From positions 6,099 through 70,098 of the forward strand of contig JBKHEJ010000001.1 in NCBI GenBank assembly GCA_046540855.1: DNA of 64,000 nt, in the 5' to 3' direction. Numbering within the stretch: position 1 is the first letter of the stretch; each line of letters begins with the position of its first letter. The stretch comes from Nitriliruptoraceae bacterium (GTDB lineage Bacteria; Actinomycetota; Nitriliruptoria; Nitriliruptorales; Nitriliruptoraceae). Below, in pieces: positions 43,618 through 53,292 of this stretch. The notes below the pieces were generated by a model. It did no database searches. It saw only the letters and a program-made list of their open reading frames with translations, and had not been told where the DNA came from. The position numbers and the translations under genes are program-made.

Positions 43618-44825
43618 CCGACCGAACCGCCATACCGACCCCGCAGCGCCTGCGCGGAGGGATGTGGCTGGACACCGCGACGGGCGAACGGGAGCCCGCG
43701 GACCTCCTCGTCGTCGGGGGCCGGCTCGTCGCGGACGACGGGCGCGAGGCCAGCGAGTCGGACCTGACCGGCTGCACGGTGCTGTACGGCCCGTGGGACT
43801 GTCACGTCCACCCCGGCGAGGACCTCTACGGCCCCGACGGCGGCGAGTTCCTCGAGACCTCCCCAGCCCGCACGATCCGTGCCGGGGAGAACCTCCGCGC
43901 CGCGGTCGCGGCCGGGATCACCGGGGTGCGCTGCGTCGACGAGGCCGACGACATCGATCTCGAGTACGCCCAGGCGATCGAGGCGGGCCGCTTCGCCGGC
44001 CCCCGCGTCCGTGGGACGGGTCGTGCGCTCCGGGCGACCGGTGGCCACGGCACCTTCTACCCCAAGGTGCACGCGCACGTCCGGTCGATGCACGTCATCG
44101 ATGGCCCCGTCGCGGCCTCCCGGGCGGTCCGGGAGCAGGTCGAGCGGGGCGCGCACTGGATCAAGGTGATGCTCACCGGCGGGCTCGCGAGCCGGTACGA
44201 GGAGGTGGATCAGGCACAGCTGACCGACGAGGAGCTCGCCGCGGTCGTGACCACCGCCGCCCAGCGTGGTCTGCCCGTCGCTGCGCACTGCGGCGGCGCC
44301 GGCCCCGCCATCCGCTTCGCGCAGCTCGGCGGGCGCTCCATCGAGCACGGCTACGCGCTGACCGAGGAGGCGGTCGCCGCCATGGCGGCCCACGGCACCT
44401 GGCTCGTGCCGACGATCGGGGTCACCCACGACCCGTCGTTCCTCGCCGAGGGGGACAACTGGCCGGACTTCTCCCTGGAACGCGCCGAGGCCAGTCGCGC
44501 CCGCCACGCCGAGTCCCTGGCCATGGCCCGGGCCGCGGGGGTGCGTCTCGCGGTCGGCGCGGACCTCAACCCGATCGCCGAGCGGTTCCACGCCGAGCTC
44601 GCCCTGCTCGAGGAGGCCGGGATGCCCCGACGGGAGGTGCTGCACGCGGCCACGGTCGGTGGGCGCGCGATGAACGGGTTCCAGGACGCGTCCGCCCCGG
44701 AGCCGGGTGCGGTCGCCGACCTCGTCGCGGTGGAGGGCGATCCGATGGCCGACCCCCGGGTGCTGGCCGAGCCGGCTCTGGTACTGGTCGGCGGTGCCGT
44801 CCGGGTCAGCCGTCGCGCCAGCTGA
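43614..44825 (+). CDS. amidohydrolase family protein (paralog of 13806..14984)
   Basis: ATG 43614 overlaps the upstream stop (ATGA). ...PWDCHVHPGE...HWIKVMLTGG...PVAAHCGG...AVGADLNP. Confidence 0.85.
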   Translation: MTDRTAIPTPQRLRGGMWLDTATGEREPADLLVVGGRLVADDGREASESDLTGCTVLYGPWDCHVHPGEDLYGPDGGEFLETSPARTIRAGENLRAAVAAGITGVRCVDEADDIDLEYAQAIEAGRFAGPRVRGTGRALRATGGHGTFYPKVHAHVRSMHVIDGPVAASRAVREQVERGAHWIKVMLTGGLASRYEEVDQAQLTDEELAAVVTTAAQRGLPVAAHCGGAGPAIRFAQLGGRSIEHGYALTEEAVAAMAAHGTWLVPTIGVTHDPSFLAEGDNWPDFSLERAEASRARHAESLAMARAAGVRLAVGADLNPIAERFHAELALLEEAGMPRREVLHAATVGGRAMNGFQDASAPEPGAVADLVAVEGDPMADPRVLAEPALVLVGGAVRVSRRAS

Positions 44826-45324
44826 ACAGCCCGGCGTCGCCTCGCGAGATGGCCTCCGGGTCGCTCGCACTGCGCGCGGCGATGCGCTCGGTGTAGCCGG
44901 TCCAGGCCTGACGGTGCGGCTCGAGGAGCTCCCGGTACAACTGCCTGTCCAGCGCCCCGGCGGCGCGCAGGTCCTGCACGGTCCGGTGGAACAGCGCCAC
45001 CTTGAGCAGCGCGACGACGCCCTGCTGGTGCGCCGGGTCGCCGTACTCAGGGTCGGTGAGCACGTAGTGGGAGAAGTGCCGCACCGCGTCGCCTTCGGCG
45101 TGCAGGAACGCCCAGGCGGCGCGGCGGGTCCCGGCCATCGGCTCGGCGAGGAAGCTCTCCAGCAGCGCGACCGTGCGCTCGCGGCGCTCCCGCTGTCGCT
45201 GTGAGCGGGCAACGAGCCCGGCACCGAGCAGCGGCCCAGCGATCACCGAGCCCCCGAGTACCAGCGCCGGGGTGAGGGATGCGGCGGAGACGGCCGCACC
45301 GGGGGAGCGGCTCGGCCGCGTCAT
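44806..45324 (-). CDS. hypothetical protein with one N-terminal transmembrane helix
   Basis: ATG 45324 overlaps the upstream stop (ATGA); RBS GGGAGGA. MTRPSRSPGAAVSAASLTPALVLGGSVIAGPLLGAGLV... No family recognised. Its 3-prime end overlaps the convergent amidohydrolase by 20 nt. Confidence 0.55.
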   Translation of the reverse strand: MTRPSRSPGAAVSAASLTPALVLGGSVIAGPLLGAGLVARSQRQRERRERTVALLESFLAEPMAGTRRAAWAFLHAEGDAVRHFSHYVLTDPEYGDPAHQQGVVALLKVALFHRTVQDLRAAGALDRQLYRELLEPHRQAWTGYTERIAARSASDPEAISRGDAGLFSWRDG

Positions 45325-45806
45325 GGGTTCCTCCCGATGGTGTGCATGCGTGCACGATGGAAGTCGACTGTGCCGGCAGCCTGGAGCGCGAGCTCGGTGA
45401 TGCGCCAGCCGTCCGTGGTCCGCCGGAAGCGGTGCAGGTAGCGGCCCCACAGGAAGCCGTCGGGCGAACCGTCGTGGTAGCGGTGCCAGGCATCGAGGTA
45501 GCTCAGGGAACGGGCGGCGTCGATCCCCTCGAAGGTGATGCTGACGTTGCTGAGGTGGTGGCTGGTGGCGGCGAAGACCGACCTGAGCCCAGCCGCGACG
45601 GAGGCCTCCAGCTCCCGGCCGGTGACCGTCGGAGTGTCGGGCGTGTAGTCGATGACCGCGTCCGGGGTGAACAACGCGGCCACCCCGGCGGGGTCGTTGC
45701 GGTCGAACCGGTCGCAGTAGGCGAAGAGCAGCTCAGTGATCGCCTGGCGGTCCACCAGTTCGCGGAGCAGTCGATCACGCTCATGCGGGTCCAGGGGGTC
45801 CATCAT
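45321..45806 (-). CDS. NTF2-like / SnoaL-like domain protein
   Basis: MMDPLDPHERDRLLRELVDRQAITELLFAYCDRFDRNDPAGVAALFTPDAVIDY...WRITE. 161 aa. Confidence 0.7.
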   Translation of the reverse strand: MMDPLDPHERDRLLRELVDRQAITELLFAYCDRFDRNDPAGVAALFTPDAVIDYTPDTPTVTGRELEASVAAGLRSVFAATSHHLSNVSITFEGIDAARSLSYLDAWHRYHDGSPDGFLWGRYLHRFRRTTDGWRITELALQAAGTVDFHRARMHTIGRNP

Positions 45807-45898
45807 GGGCCTCGCTCGTTGGCCGGGGGCGTCAACGGCGGCGGCCGCCGGACCCGGGGGGATCCGACGGCCGCCGGTGGTGCCTGGTGCAGGCGACG

Positions 45899-47593
45899 TC
45901 AGCCGCCGTAGCCGAGCTTGCCGATGTCGACGATGTAGGTCGGGTGGAACTCGACGTTCGTGACGATCGGGTCGGCGACCAGGGTCGTCGAGGGCTGGAT
46001 CAGCGGCAGGTACGGCCCCTGCTCCTGCAGCGCCCGCTCCCACTCCTGGTAGGCGGCACCGCGCTCCTCGTTGTCGATGATCTGGGACGCCGCCACGCCG
46101 AGGTCGTTGACCTCGTCCGCGGAGCCCTCGGCCCAGCCGGCGCGCAGCCCGACGAGCTCACCGGGGCTGAAGGCGAGGTAGTACGACGGCTCGGGGTAGC
46201 CGGCGTTCCACAGCCACAGACCCATCTCCTCGACGCCTTCGCGGTAGTTGTCCAGCGCGGTGGCGATCGGAGCGGGAGCCAGTTCGATGTTGATGCCGAC
46301 CTCCGCGAGGTTGGCCTGGACCCGCTCGGCCAGCGGGCCGAAGGTCAGACCGTTGGCGGAGAAGTCGCTCGGGTACTCGAGCTCGACGGGGGTGTCGCCG
46401 ACGCCGGAGCGCTCGAAGGCTTCGATGGCGCGGTCGAGGTCACGCGTGACGCACTCCTCGTCGGGGAGACCACCGAGCAGCATGTCCGGGAGGATCCCAC
46501 AGGCCTGGCGGGCGCTCTCGCCGGCCAGTTCCGCGACCGCGTCGTAGTCGATGCCGTACCGCACCGCCTCGACGAAGTCCGGGTTGCTGGTGACCTCGGA
46601 GACCTCCGGGTTCTGGTTGGCGAAGACGAAGAAGGTCACGGCAGCCGGGTCGCCGGCGAGGGTCAGGGAGTCGGGCAGCCCGGCCAGGTCGTCGCCGGAG
46701 ATGTCCAGCGCCAACTGGCTCTCACCGGACTGGATGTTCAGCCGCTGGGTCGCTGCCTCGTTGTTGCGCAGCACCACGCGGGGCCACTCAGGCGCCTCGC
46801 CCCAGTAGTTCTCGTTGCGGACGAGGACGACCTCGGTCTCGAGGTCGAAGGACTCGACCACGTACGGGCCGGAGCCGTGGCCGGCGAGGCTCTCGGTGTT
46901 GAACCACTCCTCTGCGGTGTCGGTCTCCGAGGCGTCCTCCTCCGCGGAGCCGCCGTTCTCGGTCACCAGCTCCGAGTTGACGATGGCCGTCGAGCTGTTG
47001 GTGAGGATGTAGGGCAGGCCCGGGTTCGGCTCCTCGGTGGTGATGGTCACCTCGAAGTCGCCGGTCTGCTCGGTGGTGGTGCCCGCCATGATGAAGGACG
47101 GGTTCCCGGCCAGGTTCACGATCCGCTGCAGCGAGAAGGCCACGTCCGCAGCGGTCAGCGGCGTGCCGTCGGAGAAGACGACGTCCTCGCGGATCTGGAA
47201 CACGAACTCGGTCGCGTCGTCGTTCACCTCGTAGGACTCCGCGATGATCGGCTGTGGCTCGGTGATATCGGTGGTGGGGAACCCCAGCAGCGTGTCGTGG
47301 GTCGCGTGGTGCAGGATCGTGCCCGTCGCCTCGAACTGGCGGTGCGGGTCGTTGGTGCGCAGGTCGAAGGAACGGTCGATCACGAGCTGCGCGTCAGCGG
47401 GCGCGCCACCAGCAGCGTCGCCACCGCCCTCGTCGCCGGCCTCCTCAGCAGCGTCGTCCCCGCCCTCCTCGGTGGCGGCGTCCTCCGTGTCCTCGAGTTC
47501 GGTGGTGTCGGTGTCGTCCGCACCGCCGCAGGCGGTCGCGATCATCGCGAGCGCGAGCAGGGAAGCGAACCATCGGAGCCGGGGCTGTCTCAC
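45899..47593 (-). CDS. ABC transporter substrate-binding lipoprotein, family 5
   Basis: GTG 47593 after AAGGAG. MRQPRLRWFASLLALAMIATAC, then an acidic linker. 564 aa. Confidence 0.88.
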   Translation of the reverse strand: MRQPRLRWFASLLALAMIATACGGADDTDTTELEDTEDAATEEGGDDAAEEAGDEGGGDAAGGAPADAQLVIDRSFDLRTNDPHRQFEATGTILHHATHDTLLGFPTTDITEPQPIIAESYEVNDDATEFVFQIREDVVFSDGTPLTAADVAFSLQRIVNLAGNPSFIMAGTTTEQTGDFEVTITTEEPNPGLPYILTNSSTAIVNSELVTENGGSAEEDASETDTAEEWFNTESLAGHGSGPYVVESFDLETEVVLVRNENYWGEAPEWPRVVLRNNEAATQRLNIQSGESQLALDISGDDLAGLPDSLTLAGDPAAVTFFVFANQNPEVSEVTSNPDFVEAVRYGIDYDAVAELAGESARQACGILPDMLLGGLPDEECVTRDLDRAIEAFERSGVGDTPVELEYPSDFSANGLTFGPLAERVQANLAEVGINIELAPAPIATALDNYREGVEEMGLWLWNAGYPEPSYYLAFSPGELVGLRAGWAEGSADEVNDLGVAASQIIDNEERGAAYQEWERALQEQGPYLPLIQPSTTLVADPIVTNVEFHPTYIVDIGKLGYGG

Positions 47594-47675
47594 GTGGTTC
47601 TCCTTCAGGGTCAGGCGCCCCTGGCGGGGCCTGGGGAGCGGCCAGACGGCCGCGGGGGTCTCCCATGGCGCTGAA

Positions 47676-47689
47676 CGAACGACCGTTCA
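47676..47689. promoter_or_regulatory. operator-like palindrome site 12 (CGAACGACCGTTCA within TGAACGAACGACCGTTCA)
   Basis: 1 mismatch to the consensus. Lies about 15 nt downstream of the putative -10 of the minus-strand promoter. Confidence 0.6.
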
Positions 47690-47704
47690 TGCCATGATCC
47701 GATA

Positions 47705-47733
47705 CTACTACTTCCCTCGTAGCGATGTGTCAA
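47705..47733 (-). promoter_or_regulatory. sigma-70-type promoter candidate for the binding-protein gene
   Basis: Minus strand reads TTGACA (47733-47728), 17-nt spacer, then TAGTAG(TAT) at 47710-47705. Locally AT-rich in a GC-rich genome. The -10 is imperfect. Confidence 0.45.
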
Positions 47734-47767
47734 CCCTCTGGGCGGGCGATGCACCCGTGTTCACCGC

Positions 47768-48718
47768 TCAGCTGTGGTGCAACCAGCAGGCCACCGTGCG
47801 GCCGTCCCCGTCCGCGATGGGCGTGAGGACCGGTTCCTCCGTCCGGCACCGGTCCATGACCATCGGACAACGGGTCTGGAACCGGCAGCCCGGGGGCGGG
47901 TCCGCCGGGTCCGGTACGTCGCCGGGCAGGGCCTCGGGCATCTCCGCGGAGCCGTCCGCGTGCAGGACCGCGCCGATCAGCGCGTCGCTGTAGGGGTGCA
48001 GCGGCTGGTCCCAGACCGGGGTGGTCGGGCCGTACTCGGCGACCTTGCCGAGGTACATGACGGTCACGACGTCGGCGATGTGCCGCACGATGGCGAGGTC
48101 GTGGCTGATGAAGAGCAGCCCGACGTCGAGCTGCTTGGCGAGGTCGTGGAGCAGGTTCGCGATCTGGGCCTGGGCGGAGGCGTCCAGCGCGGAGATCGGC
48201 TCGTCGGCGATGATGACCGACGGGTCCGCGGACAACGCACGGGCGATGCAGATGCGCTGGCGCTGCCCCCCGCTGAACTCGTGCGGGTAGCGGTCCGCGG
48301 CGCGTGCGTCGAGCCCGACGAGCTCGAGGAGCTCGGCGACCCGGGCCCGGCGCTGCTTGCTCGGCAGCTCCTGGGCGAGTTCCAGCCCGTCCGCGATCTG
48401 GTCGCCCACCTTGCGGCGGCCGTTGAGCGAGGAGTTCGGGTCCTGGAACACCATCTGGATCCGACGCTCCCGCGCCGGTCGGGGCTTGCGGCCGAGCGGG
48501 GTGACCCGCTCGCCTTCGAACAGCACCTCGCCGGTGGAGGGCTTCAGCAGCCCGCTGGCGGCGCGTCCGAGGGTGGACTTGCCGCAGCCGGACTCGCCGA
48601 CCAGGCCCACGATCTGTCCGCGCTCGACGGTCAGCGACACGCCGGCGACCGCGGTGACGTCGGGGAGGTGCTTGCGGTGGTAGGTGACGGAGACGTCACG
48701 CAACTCGAGCACGCTCAT
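47768..48718 (-). CDS. ABC transporter ATP-binding protein (DppF-like)
   Basis: [27 protein letters not shown]. 316 aa. ATGA overlap with the upstream gene. Confidence 0.9.
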   Translation of the reverse strand: MSVLELRDVSVTYHRKHLPDVTAVAGVSLTVERGQIVGLVGESGCGKSTLGRAASGLLKPSTGEVLFEGERVTPLGRKPRPARERRIQMVFQDPNSSLNGRRKVGDQIADGLELAQELPSKQRRARVAELLELVGLDARAADRYPHEFSGGQRQRICIARALSADPSVIIADEPISALDASAQAQIANLLHDLAKQLDVGLLFISHDLAIVRHIADVVTVMYLGKVAEYGPTTPVWDQPLHPYSDALIGAVLHADGSAEMPEALPGDVPDPADPPPGCRFQTRCPMVMDRCRTEEPVLTPIADGDGRTVACWLHHS

Positions 48719-49716
48719 GGCTGACCCTCAGCGAAGGGGTCGACCGGGCAGGCGCTGAGGCGACCGGGTGCGACCAGCTCGAGCGTGGGGACGCGCTGGC
48801 TGCAGCTGGGCTGGGCCCACGCGCAGCGCGGGTGCAGGGCGCACCCGCTCGGCCGGTTGGCCGGCGTCGCGGGTGCCCCGTCGATCGGCACGAGCGGCTG
48901 GTCGGGCCGCTCGGGGTGGGGCAGCGAGTCCAGGAGCCCGCGCGTGTAGGGGTGGCGTGGGCACTGCAGGAGCTCACGGGTCGGCCCCGACTCGACGATC
49001 CGGCCCGCGTAGAACACCGACAGGTCGTCGGCGACGGTGGACATCACCCCGAGGTCGTGCGTGACGACGATGACCGCGAGGCCGATGGACTCGCACAGCT
49101 CCTTGAGCAGCCGCAGCACCCCGGCCTGGACCGTCACGTCGAGCGCGGTGGTCGGCTCGTCGGCGATGAGCAGCTGCGGGTCACACGCCAGCGCCACGGC
49201 GATCGCGATGCGCTGCCGCATCCCGCCGGAGAACTGGTGCGGGTAGGACCGCAGCGACCCGACGGGGTCGGGGAGTTGGACGCGACGGAGCAGGTCGACC
49301 GCCTTGTCGCGGGCGTCGTGCCGGCTGAGGTCGAGGTGGCGGCGGACGTGCTCGGTCAGTTGCCGCTCGATGCTGAGCATCGGGTGCAGGGCGGTCATCG
49401 GGTCCTGGAAGACCACGCCGATCTGGTCGCCACGGGTGGAGCGCCACTGCTTGGTCGTCAACCCCAGGAGGTCCTTGCCGAGGAAGTCGACCCTGCCCCC
49501 GGTGACCGCACCGGTCGGTAGGAGCCCGAGCAGGGCGAGCGCGGTCATCGTCTTGCCGGACCCGCTCTCGCCGGCGATGCCCAGCACCTGGCCGGCATCG
49601 ACGCTGAGGTCGACGCCGTCGACGACGCGGACGGGCTCGCCCTTGCTGGGCAGGTCGATCGTGAGCCGCTCGACGGTCAGCACCCGGTCGGTCGCGGTGT
49701 CCGGTAGCGCGCTCAC
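48715..49716 (-). CDS. ABC transporter ATP-binding protein (DppD-like)
   Basis: GTG 49716 overlaps the permease stop (GTGA). VSALPDTATDRVLTVERLTIDL...GIAGESGSGKTM...FSGGMRQRIAIAVA. Confidence 0.88.
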   Translation of the reverse strand: MSALPDTATDRVLTVERLTIDLPSKGEPVRVVDGVDLSVDAGQVLGIAGESGSGKTMTALALLGLLPTGAVTGGRVDFLGKDLLGLTTKQWRSTRGDQIGVVFQDPMTALHPMLSIERQLTEHVRRHLDLSRHDARDKAVDLLRRVQLPDPVGSLRSYPHQFSGGMRQRIAIAVALACDPQLLIADEPTTALDVTVQAGVLRLLKELCESIGLAVIVVTHDLGVMSTVADDLSVFYAGRIVESGPTRELLQCPRHPYTRGLLDSLPHPERPDQPLVPIDGAPATPANRPSGCALHPRCAWAQPSCSQRVPTLELVAPGRLSACPVDPFAEGQP

Positions 49717-50645
49717 TCGCGGCCCCGGATGGCACGGGCGGTGCGCGGGTCCAGCGCGTCCCGCAGGCTGTCGCCGAGGAAGTTGAAGGCCATGACCACG
49801 GTCAGGATGGCGATGCCGGGGAAGGTCCCGACCCACCAGCGGTCGAAGGTGCGGGCACCCTCGGAGACCATCGCGCCCCACTCGGGGCTCGGCGGGCGGG
49901 CTCCGAGCCCGAGGAAGGAGAGCCCGGCGAGCAGCAGCACCGCGTTGCCGAGCTCCAGGGTCGCGAGCACCATCACCGGGCCGCCCACGTTGGGCATCAC
50001 GTCGCGGAGCAGCGAGCGTCGTGAGGAGGCCCCGAGCAGCCGGGTGGCCGACACGTAGTCCATCTGCTTCTGGGACAGCACCAGCCCGCGCACGACGCGC
50101 GCGTAGGTCGGCCAGGCCACCACCACGATCGCCAGCACCGCGTTGCGCAGGTCCGGACCGAGCGCGGCCGCGACGGCCATCGCCAGGATGATGGTCGGGA
50201 AGGCGAAGAACAGGTCGACCAGACGCATGATGACGCTGTCGACCCGGCCGCCGAAGTAGCCCGCGATGCCACCGAGCAGGCTGCCGATGGTCCCGGCGAG
50301 GGTGACCAGGAGGACCGCCAGCGGCAGCGAGATGCGCGCGCCGTGGATGACCCGGCTCAGCACGTCGCGGCCGACGCCGTCGGTGCCGAACCAGTTCTCG
50401 GCTGAGGGCGGCTGGAAGCGGCCGAACTCCTGCGCCAGGGGGTCGGCCGGGGAGATGACCGGCGCGAGCAGGGCGACCAGGATCCAGAACCCGATCAGGA
50501 TGAAGCCGGTGATCGCGAGCGGCTGGCGCCAGACGCCGCGCACCGTCTTCGGCGCACGCCCGACCTGCTCAGCCGGTGCCTCGCTCGGCACCTGGTCGCC
50601 GCCGCCGGGGGTTTCGGTCGATTCGATCGGCTCGATACCACTCAC
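49713..50645 (-). CDS. ABC transporter permease (DppC-like)
   Basis: GTG 50645 overlaps the upstream stop (GTGA). ...NWFGTDGVGRDVLSRVIHGARIS... The remainder of tracked ORF 49713..52307 is an artefact. Confidence 0.88.
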   Translation of the reverse strand: MSGIEPIESTETPGGGDQVPSEAPAEQVGRAPKTVRGVWRQPLAITGFILIGFWILVALLAPVISPADPLAQEFGRFQPPSAENWFGTDGVGRDVLSRVIHGARISLPLAVLLVTLAGTIGSLLGGIAGYFGGRVDSVIMRLVDLFFAFPTIILAMAVAAALGPDLRNAVLAIVVVAWPTYARVVRGLVLSQKQMDYVSATRLLGASSRRSLLRDVMPNVGGPVMVLATLELGNAVLLLAGLSFLGLGARPPSPEWGAMVSEGARTFDRWWVGTFPGIAILTVVMAFNFLGDSLRDALDPRTARAIRGRE

Positions 50646-51673
50646 GAGGTCAACCTCACCCGGGGGTCGATGACGCCGTACAGCAGGTCCACGATGAAGT
50701 TGATGGTGATGTAGACGACCGCCACGAACAGGCTCACACCCATGATCGAGGGCAGGTCGAGGTTGGTGGCGCTCCGGAAGGCGTACTGCCCGATCCCGGG
50801 CCACGCGAAGATGGTCTCGATCAGCACGGTCCCGGAGAGGATCGAGCCGAACATCACCCCGGCGACGGTGATGATCGGTGCGAGCGCGGCGCGCAGCACG
50901 TGCCGGGCCACGATCGTGTACCCCGACAGGCCCTTGGCGCGTGCGGTGCGGACGTAGTCGTTGCTCAGCACCTCCAGCACCGCCGAGCGCGTGAAGCGGG
51001 TGAGCAGGCTGACCGTGTAGGCGGCCAGCACGAAGGCCGGCAGCAGCACGTGCGAGAAGGCGTTCCAGAACAGCGCCCGGTCCCCGGCGAGCAGCGCGTC
51101 GATGGTGAACGCCCCGGTCACGGTGGGGGGTGGCACGGTGCCGGGGTCGAGCCGTCCCGTCCCGGGGAACCAGCCGAGCCGGAAGGACAGCAGGTAGAAG
51201 GCCACGAGCGCCAGCCAGAACACCGGCATGGACACCCCGGCCAGGGAGAAGACCCGCAGGAACTGGTCGATGAACCGGTCCCGGTACAGGGCGGCGATGG
51301 TCCCGAAGGTGACCCCGAGCACGAGCGAGACGACGATGGCGACGGCCGCCAGCTCCAGGGTGGCGGGGACGAACTTGCCCAGCTCGCTCAACACCGGCTG
51401 CCCGTTGAAGGTCGAGGTGCCGAAGTCGCCCTGCAGCAGGTTGCTGAGGTAGATCAGGTACTGCATGGGCAGAGGTTCGTCGAGCCCGTAGCGCGCGCGG
51501 TAGGCGGCCACGGTGGCCTCGTCCTCCAGTGCCCGGTCGGAGAGCGCGGCGGCCATCGGGTCGCCCGGGACGAGGTTGGTGATGATGAAGGACAGGAGCG
51601 TGACCCCGATGCCGAGCAGCACGAAGGCGCCCGCGCGAGCTCCCGCGAAGCGAAGGAACGGCCTCCACTCCAT
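50642..51673 (-). CDS. ABC transporter permease (DppB-like)
   Basis: MEWRPFLRFAGARAGAFVLLGIGVTLLSFIITNLVPGDP...RTARAKGLSGYTIVARHVLRAALAP. 343 aa. Confidence 0.88.
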   Translation of the reverse strand: MEWRPFLRFAGARAGAFVLLGIGVTLLSFIITNLVPGDPMAAALSDRALEDEATVAAYRARYGLDEPLPMQYLIYLSNLLQGDFGTSTFNGQPVLSELGKFVPATLELAAVAIVVSLVLGVTFGTIAALYRDRFIDQFLRVFSLAGVSMPVFWLALVAFYLLSFRLGWFPGTGRLDPGTVPPPTVTGAFTIDALLAGDRALFWNAFSHVLLPAFVLAAYTVSLLTRFTRSAVLEVLSNDYVRTARAKGLSGYTIVARHVLRAALAPIITVAGVMFGSILSGTVLIETIFAWPGIGQYAFRSATNLDLPSIMGVSLFVAVVYITINFIVDLLYGVIDPRVRLTS

Positions 51674-51735
51674 ACGGTGGCTCCTCGTCGTCGCCGGCGG
51701 CTGCGTCGCTCCGTCCTACGGATAGTGGCTCAGAA

Positions 51736-51749
51736 CAAGCGCTCGTTCG
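51736..51749. promoter_or_regulatory. operator-like palindrome site 13 (CAAGCGCTCGTTCG; outer arms GAAC-N8-GTTC)
   Basis: Divergent region between the ABC operon (start 51673) and RidA (51849); TAGTGG box at 51723-51728. Confidence 0.5.
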
Positions 51750-51848
51750 GTGATCGACGGAGACTAGCGTGATGGCCACCGGCCCCGTCAAACGTGTGCG
51801 GACCCTACTGCGGTCCGTCAGGGCCGTCGAGCGAGGATCGGAGCGAGG

Positions 51849-52250
51849 ATGGCGACGCGGCACCACCGCGACGGCGGGGGGTGGGAGCAGGCGGCCGGCT
51901 ACGCCCGTGCGGTCCGGCGGGGGACCCGGATCGAGGTGAGCGGCACCACCGTGGAGGGTCGCGGCCCGAACGCGCCCGAGGAGACGCGTCGGCAGACCGA
52001 GGAGGCTCTCGACCGCGCCCTCGCCGCTGTCGCCGCGCTCGGCGGCAGCGACGAGGACGTCGTGCGCACGCGGCTGTTCCTCGCCCCCGGCGCGGACTGG
52101 CGAGAGGCCGCGGCGGCCCACGCGGCGCGGCTCGGTGTGGTCGCACCCGCGAACACCACCCTGTACGTCGCCGGGCTGATCGCAGGAGCGCTGGTCGAGG
52201 TGGAGGTCGAGGCGGAGGTGCTGGGCGGGAGCGAGGTGGGTGCCGGGTGA
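51849..52250 (+). CDS. RidA/YjgF/L-PSP family protein
   Basis: ...AAGYARAVRRGTRIEVSGTT...QTEEALDRALAAVAALGGSDEDVVRTRLFL...LVEVEVEA. 133 aa. Confidence 0.75.
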   Translation: MATRHHRDGGGWEQAAGYARAVRRGTRIEVSGTTVEGRGPNAPEETRRQTEEALDRALAAVAALGGSDEDVVRTRLFLAPGADWREAAAAHAARLGVVAPANTTLYVAGLIAGALVEVEVEAEVLGGSEVGAG

Positions 52251-53239
52251 GGTACAGCCTGCGGCTGAACAACGACACCGAGCCGGACCTGCTCGTGGCG
52301 CTGGCACGCACGGCTGAGGCAGCGGGGTTCGACCAGCTCTGGGTGTCCAACGACCTGTTCCTGCGCAGCGCGCCGGTGCTGGTGACCCACGTCGCGGCCG
52401 CCACCTCGACGATCTCGCTGGGGACCGGGATCATGAACCCCTACTCGGTGCACCCGGCGGAGCTCGCCATGCTCGCCAGCACCCTGCAGGAGGTCAGCGG
52501 CGGCCGGTTCCTGCTCGGGCTCGGGGCCGGTGCCGAGGACTTCCTGCGCTGGGCGGGTATGGCGCGGGAACGGCCGCTCACGCGCACCCGCGAGGCGGTT
52601 GCGGCGATCCGAGCGCTCCTGGAGGGAGGCTCACCGGTGAGCGTCGAGGCAGCCGGTGCCGGTTGGACCACGGAGGCGTATCTGCGCACCCCGGCCTGTC
52701 CGACCCCCCTCTACCTCGGCGTCATGAGCCCCCGGATGCTGGCGCTGGCCGGTGCGGTCGCCGACGGTGCGCTGCCCCTGCTGTTCCCACCGGAGCACTT
52801 CCCGACCGCCGCGAGCCAGGCGGCCGACGGGGCGCGCGAGGCCGGCCGGGACCCCGCGGAGCTGGACCTCGCCGCGTGCGTCTGGGTCTCGATCGATGAG
52901 GACCGTGCTGCGGCACGCCATGCGCTGGCGACCAAGATCGCCTACTACGGGCCGGCCTTCGCGCCCTACCTGCTCGCTCGCGCCGGGCTCGCGGTCGCGG
53001 ACTTCGCCCCGATCACCGAGGTGCTCGAGCGAGAGGGCCTCGACGCTGCGGCCGAGCACGTGACCGAGCCGATGCTGCGCCTCGGTATCGCCGGTGACGC
53101 CGACGAGGTGGTGGACCGGTGCCGGTGGCTGGTCGCACAGGGCGCCCGTCACCTCTCCTTCGGCCCGCCGCTCGGGCCCGACCCCCTGCGGGCGGTCGAG
53201 GTGCTCGGCACCGAGGTGCTCCCCGCGCTGCGCGACTGA
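52247..53239 (+). CDS. LLM class flavin/F420-dependent oxidoreductase
   Basis: GTG 52247 overlaps the RidA stop (GTGA). VRYSLRLNNDT...AGFDQLWVSNDLF...GRFLLGLGAG... 330 aa. Confidence 0.8.
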   Translation: MRYSLRLNNDTEPDLLVALARTAEAAGFDQLWVSNDLFLRSAPVLVTHVAAATSTISLGTGIMNPYSVHPAELAMLASTLQEVSGGRFLLGLGAGAEDFLRWAGMARERPLTRTREAVAAIRALLEGGSPVSVEAAGAGWTTEAYLRTPACPTPLYLGVMSPRMLALAGAVADGALPLLFPPEHFPTAASQAADGAREAGRDPAELDLAACVWVSIDEDRAAARHALATKIAYYGPAFAPYLLARAGLAVADFAPITEVLEREGLDAAAEHVTEPMLRLGIAGDADEVVDRCRWLVAQGARHLSFGPPLGPDPLRAVEVLGTEVLPALRD

Positions 53240-53292
53240 TCGCGACGCCCCCACGACCGGCCTGGCCGCACCGCTACGCTGCCAGTACCGTA

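Noticed and set aside
45801-45824. Half-match to the operator motif (CCAACGAGCGAGGC on the minus strand) at the NTF2-like gene start; a similar weak half-site near 22824-22838
   Set aside because: Only one arm matches, and the first overlaps the RBS and start codon. Neither is counted among the 17 sites.
43086-47674. Long ORFs 43086..45224 (minus), 43004..44896 (plus) and 45887..47674 (plus)
   Set aside because: They are alternative frames or strands of the amidohydrolase, NTF2-like and binding-protein genes. Composition is Arg/Pro/Gly-rich with no domain signatures.
49713-52307. 864-aa minus-strand ORF
   Set aside because: Only the last 310 codons (from GTG 50645, overlapping the upstream permease stop) form a DppC-like permease. 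The upstream part overlaps the other permease in a different frame and is antisense to RidA.
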